DNA of 64,000 nucleotides. Source: Candidatus Bathyarchaeia archaeon. GTDB taxonomy: Archaea; Thermoproteota; Bathyarchaeia; 40CM-2-53-6. How positions within the stretch are numbered: the stretch's first letter is position 1; every line of letters begins with the position of its first letter. Shown here piece by piece: positions 60,494 to 64,000 of this stretch. Made by a program: the position numbers and the translations under genes. The stretch spans positions 672,001-736,000 of the forward strand of contig JBEKVV010000001.1 of assembly GCA_049513715.1 (NCBI GenBank), in the 5' to 3' direction. The notes under the pieces are model-generated. The model searched no databases and was not told the DNA's origin. It saw only the letters and a list, made by a program, of their open reading frames with translations.

Positions 60494-61642
60494 TCAAAGT
60501 GCCTTGTAAGTTTCAAACCAACGGTCGTAGGAGATTAGCATCTGTTGTGACACGCTAGGCCTACGATTTTGGAGAATCTCATCAAAATCCTCCATTGTTA
60601 TGGCCCGAGCTTGTCCCTGACCTTTCGAGGAACTCCTCTCGAAAACTTCACGAACAACTCGACTCTGGGCATCCCGGAATATCTCCCGGAAGTCACTGCC
60701 CGAGTATCCCTCGGTTTTTTGGGCTAGTATTCCCGCGTCTACGTCTGGGGCTAGCTTGAGGTCCTTCGCGTAAATCTTGAACAGCTCGCGCCGTGCCTCA
60801 TGTGCGGGGAGTGGGACGTAGATCCGTTTCTGAAAACGTCTTATGAATGGCCCGTCAAGAGCCCATGGCTTGTTGGTCGCCCCGATCACGTAAACGTGGC
60901 TCGGGCGATTCTTGTCGAGCACGCTATCCATTTCGCCGAGGAATTGGTTCCTTGTCCTGACCTCTCCGCCTACCTCATCAGCTCTGATGCCGACAAGAGA
61001 GTCGATTTCATCGATGAAAATAATGCCCGGATGTCCCCCTTCTGCTTCTCGGCGCGCGTTGCCGAATAGTTCCGCCACATTCTTCTCGGATTCGCCCAAC
61101 CATTTCGACATTATGGAGGCAGCATCGACACTGTAGAAAGCTGCATCAATCTCGGTGGCTATGGCGGCCGCCAGAAGGGTTTTGCCACATCCAGGTGGAC
61201 CGAAGAAGAGAATTCCTCTAGGCCATCCGAGGGGGAACAAGTCTGGTCGCTTTACGGGAAAAACAATTGCTTCTTCAATTGCTTTCTTTGCATCATGCAA
61301 ATTGGCGATTTCGTTCCATTTGATGTTGGGCTTTTCTGTTAGGATTAGCTGTTCGAGTTTAAGTGGGGCTTTCGAGTTTGTGGTTTGACTGCCCTCAAGG
61401 TGGCCGTTCTGCTCTTTGAGCTCCCTTATCCTGCGTCTGCAGCTTTCAACTTGTTCAAGGAAGAATCGGTTTTGGGGGGCCTCAGGGTAGAGAGCGCAGA
61501 GTTTGAGAAGTATCTCAATGGTCCGTTCGTAGCGGTTGACGGCATTGGTCTTGGTTCCCTGTTTGTCGAACTTGATGGCCTCATTGAGGAACTTTACTGC
61601 CATCTGCTCGAGTTCTTGGGAAGCCGAGATTTGCAATGCCAT
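60494..61642 (-). CDS. cdvC: Vps4-like AAA+ ATPase
   Basis: N-terminal MIT domain, PLGWPRGILFFGPPGCGKT, SKWLGESEKN, RRFQKRIY. Confidence 0.95.
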   Translation of the reverse strand: MALQISASQELEQMAVKFLNEAIKFDKQGTKTNAVNRYERTIEILLKLCALYPEAPQNRFFLEQVESCRRRIRELKEQNGHLEGSQTTNSKAPLKLEQLILTEKPNIKWNEIANLHDAKKAIEEAIVFPVKRPDLFPLGWPRGILFFGPPGCGKTLLAAAIATEIDAAFYSVDAASIMSKWLGESEKNVAELFGNARREAEGGHPGIIFIDEIDSLVGIRADEVGGEVRTRNQFLGEMDSVLDKNRPSHVYVIGATNKPWALDGPFIRRFQKRIYVPLPAHEARRELFKIYAKDLKLAPDVDAGILAQKTEGYSGSDFREIFRDAQSRVVREVFERSSSKGQGQARAITMEDFDEILQNRRPSVSQQMLISYDRWFETYKAL

Positions 61643-61664
61643 TCATCTTCAGCTTCTTTGATGC

Positions 61665-62456
61665 CTATTCAATTACGATTTTTCCAGTGTCCCGAAGTTT
61701 CTGGAGAGCAACTTTCACGTCTTCTGGTGACCTTCCGAGATCGCCGGCGCATGTTTGGATGCTCAGCTCGCCATCATGTTTCTTCGCATAATCGATGATG
61801 CGTTCTTCAATGTCACCATCAAACCCAGCAGCGTTCGATGCCGGCTCCAAGGTTGGTCGGGAATAGTCGAAATTGGGCTCAATTGTCGGAAGCTCGGGGA
61901 AGTGGTCGCGCAGTCTCTCTTCAGCAATTTGACTGGTCTCTGCCAAAACCTTCTTCGCCTCGTCGTCGCTAGCCTCAATGGGTAGATCTGTTGCCGTTAT
62001 CTCCCCTGTTTCATTACTGAGGTCGCCTAGCATTTCGTTGATGCCCCCTAATTCGTTGGCAACTTGTGGGACGATTCCTGCAATCTTTGACTTCGTTTCC
62101 TTAACGATCCCCATAACCGGCGCCATTTGCGCCATGATTGTGCCAAACTCCTCGACAGTCTCGAGTCTGAGAATTACCTTCTCCAAGGCAAGCTGGCTGC
62201 CTAGAACGACCTTGGCGATTTTCCTGATCTCTGCGCATTCATTTGCGTAGATTTTCGCATGCGCCGCGTCATTTGATAATTGTGCACCCACGCACCTTTG
62301 GAAGAGGTCAGTGTCTCTTTGGCGTAGGCGTGAATACATGTGTTCGAGTTTTTCTTGTTGTGCACGAAGCCTGAATGATGCCTGCTCCACGCGCTCCTTC
62401 AGACCAATTGGGTGCAGTTTGTCCTCGAATTTCTTGATTATTGAGAACGTAATCAC
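61665..62456 (-). CDS. cdvB: ESCRT-III protein CdvB with C-terminal winged-helix extension
   Basis: Snf7 core YANECAEIRK; tail IIDYAKKHDGELSI...LQKLRDTGKI; lies between cdvA and cdvC. Confidence 0.9.
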   Translation of the reverse strand: MITFSIIKKFEDKLHPIGLKERVEQASFRLRAQQEKLEHMYSRLRQRDTDLFQRCVGAQLSNDAAHAKIYANECAEIRKIAKVVLGSQLALEKVILRLETVEEFGTIMAQMAPVMGIVKETKSKIAGIVPQVANELGGINEMLGDLSNETGEITATDLPIEASDDEAKKVLAETSQIAEERLRDHFPELPTIEPNFDYSRPTLEPASNAAGFDGDIEERIIDYAKKHDGELSIQTCAGDLGRSPEDVKVALQKLRDTGKIVIE

Positions 62457-62472
62457 GCTCTGTCTTGCGAAG

Positions 62473-63150
62473 CTACGCTGACTCTTTCATCTTGATGACT
62501 ACAACATCAGGAACTTTCGGGGGAGCTTCGGTCGGTTCTGTGGGCTCTTGGACCTCCAGAGAGGCTATTTCCTTGAGGTATTCCCTTGTGTTCTCGACGT
62601 CTTTCAATTCTTTGCGAGCAATTTCGAGCCCCGCGCGGATGGATTCAGTCACTGCATGATAGGTTTGTTCACTTACCTCGGACGAAGTGAAAAACATCTT
62701 GTCGTTAGTTAGTGCGGTTTGGAGGCTTCGGATTTGCTTTTCAAGTCTGCCCTCGACTTGCTTCAATGTTTCTGTTAATTCCTCTCGTTTTGCGAGAATC
62801 TCTTTGTTTAGGTCCTCGTAGCTGCCACGAAGTTGGTTAAACTCTGACTGCTCGATGTCACCGTCTTTGAAGAGGAGTTGGAGCGCTTGATTGCGTCGTT
62901 TGATGATAACGTGTTCCCTTCTCAAGTCCTCAGCTTCGACGCGCCACGTCTCTAGAAGCACCGGATGACCATTAACTACTCTAACCGAGTTTATCGGAAA
63001 CTCATTGACTTCGCCGCTACTTTGTGCGATTTGGATGGATTGAACTTCGTCTTTGATGTCAGCCGCGAGCCCCACGAGTTTGCCGGTGGGCCGTCCCATA
63101 GCGTCCTCGATGGTCTGCCCAAGGTACTTTCCGATTTCCTCAACAGTCAA
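62473..63150 (-). CDS. cdvA: Cell division protein CdvA (likely TTG start at 63150 or 63156)
   Basis: YLGQTIEDAMGR..G PRC-barrel start, long coiled coil, C-terminal VVVIK. Confidence 0.88.
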   Translation of the reverse strand: MTVEEIGKYLGQTIEDAMGRPTGKLVGLAADIKDEVQSIQIAQSSGEVNEFPINSVRVVNGHPVLLETWRVEAEDLRREHVIIKRRNQALQLLFKDGDIEQSEFNQLRGSYEDLNKEILAKREELTETLKQVEGRLEKQIRSLQTALTNDKMFFTSSEVSEQTYHAVTESIRAGLEIARKELKDVENTREYLKEIASLEVQEPTEPTEAPPKVPDVVVIKMKESA

Positions 63151-63172
63151 GGTCAACCTAGCACAAGACCCC

Positions 63173-63829
63173 TTAGTGTGAAAGGCCTGCTTCGCCAACT
63201 CTTGTTGGGCTGAAACCGTTCGCCGGTAGCTCTGGGAACCGATCTTTCATGTGCTGGTCCGCGATCGTGTTAGCTTCTCCTAGAATCCTCTGCGCTTCTA
63301 TGCCTGATGCTTCAACGTCGTAGGCTGTGCCAGTAGTTTCGCCGACCTCGTCTACGACATTACTTAGAACCTCCCCGATTTGGCTAAGTTCGAAACCGAC
63401 TTCTGGAATGACACCCGTGATTTGGTTCTTTATTGAATGTACGACGCTGGCCACTGGGGCCATCATTCGGGCGACGTCGCCGAATTCCTCGATCGTTTCA
63501 AGCCGTATTGAGACCTGCTCCAAGGCCAATTGGCATTGAAGAGTGACTTTAGCCATTTTGCGCACTTCTGCGCACTCATTCGCGTACATTGCGGCTCGCG
63601 CCGTATCGTGGCCCATCTGAGAACTAACACATTTGTTGAAAATGTCTTTGTCGTGCTGTTGCATTCGGATTGTTGCCGATTCGAGTTTGTTCTTCTGAAC
63701 TCTTAGTCTGTAAAGGGCTGAAGCAATCTGTTCCTTTACCGGTACCTTATGGTGGAACCTTCCGCTCATTCTGGAGACTAGGGGTTCGGATGGTTCTCTA
63801 TCCCAGTCCTTGAGAAATCCGCTATTCAA
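63173..63829 (-). CDS. ESCRT-III / CdvB paralogue (Snf7 family)
   Basis: AAMYANECAEVRK, LALEQVSIRLET, MKDRFPELP; GGAGG before TTG 63829. Confidence 0.9.
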   Translation of the reverse strand: MNSGFLKDWDREPSEPLVSRMSGRFHHKVPVKEQIASALYRLRVQKNKLESATIRMQQHDKDIFNKCVSSQMGHDTARAAMYANECAEVRKMAKVTLQCQLALEQVSIRLETIEEFGDVARMMAPVASVVHSIKNQITGVIPEVGFELSQIGEVLSNVVDEVGETTGTAYDVEASGIEAQRILGEANTIADQHMKDRFPELPANGFSPTRVGEAGLSH

Positions 63830-64000
63830 TGTCCTGACCTCCAATTTGTGGTTGCAACAATTCTTGTCGTCGGTTGTCCGTACGAGAACGAATGCTATTC
63901 AAATTTCGTGCAAGAAAGCTGTCAAGAATCGGTGAGCCAACGAAATTAGTTTCTCATAATCAGCAGTCACGAAGCCTATTTGTTCAGCATTCTGACTTCA

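Overview
Archaeal chromosomal DNA from a TACK-superphylum organism, most plausibly Bathyarchaeia. This is inferred from the Cdv/ESCRT-III genes, rps26e, split MetE, a PolB2 cassette and archaeal-type thrS/proS. In order, the window holds: the end of one peptide ABC operon; a condensed ribosomal cluster (uL2-uS8-uL18-uL30) with cofE; membrane proteins; a full second peptide ABC system with surface proteases; thrS; a KaiC-like ATPase; a biotin acyl-CoA carboxylase with BirA; split MetE; three thiolase-like and three DUF35 genes; methylmalonyl-CoA mutase with MeaB; a RadA-like/PolB2 cassette; pyrE; lipid and sugar genes; rps26e; proS; an amino-acid permease; aspartase/fumarase; a 2-oxoacid:ferredoxin oxidoreductase; and a cdv cluster. 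The standout is a 17-nt insertion (36619-36635, minus strand) in the B12-binding subunit gene of methylmalonyl-CoA mutase. It splits the Asp codon of the DxHxxG motif and folds with its flanks into a canonical bulge-helix-bulge, so it is a probable tRNA-type intron in a metabolic mRNA. Also notable: a circularly permuted peptide-binding protein, several genes needing non-canonical (ACG/CTG) starts including a yjbQ gene absent from the ORF track, and two patches of unannotated micro-ORFs. I recognised no tRNA, rRNA, CRISPR array or transposase. All product calls come from motif recognition by eye, not database searches.
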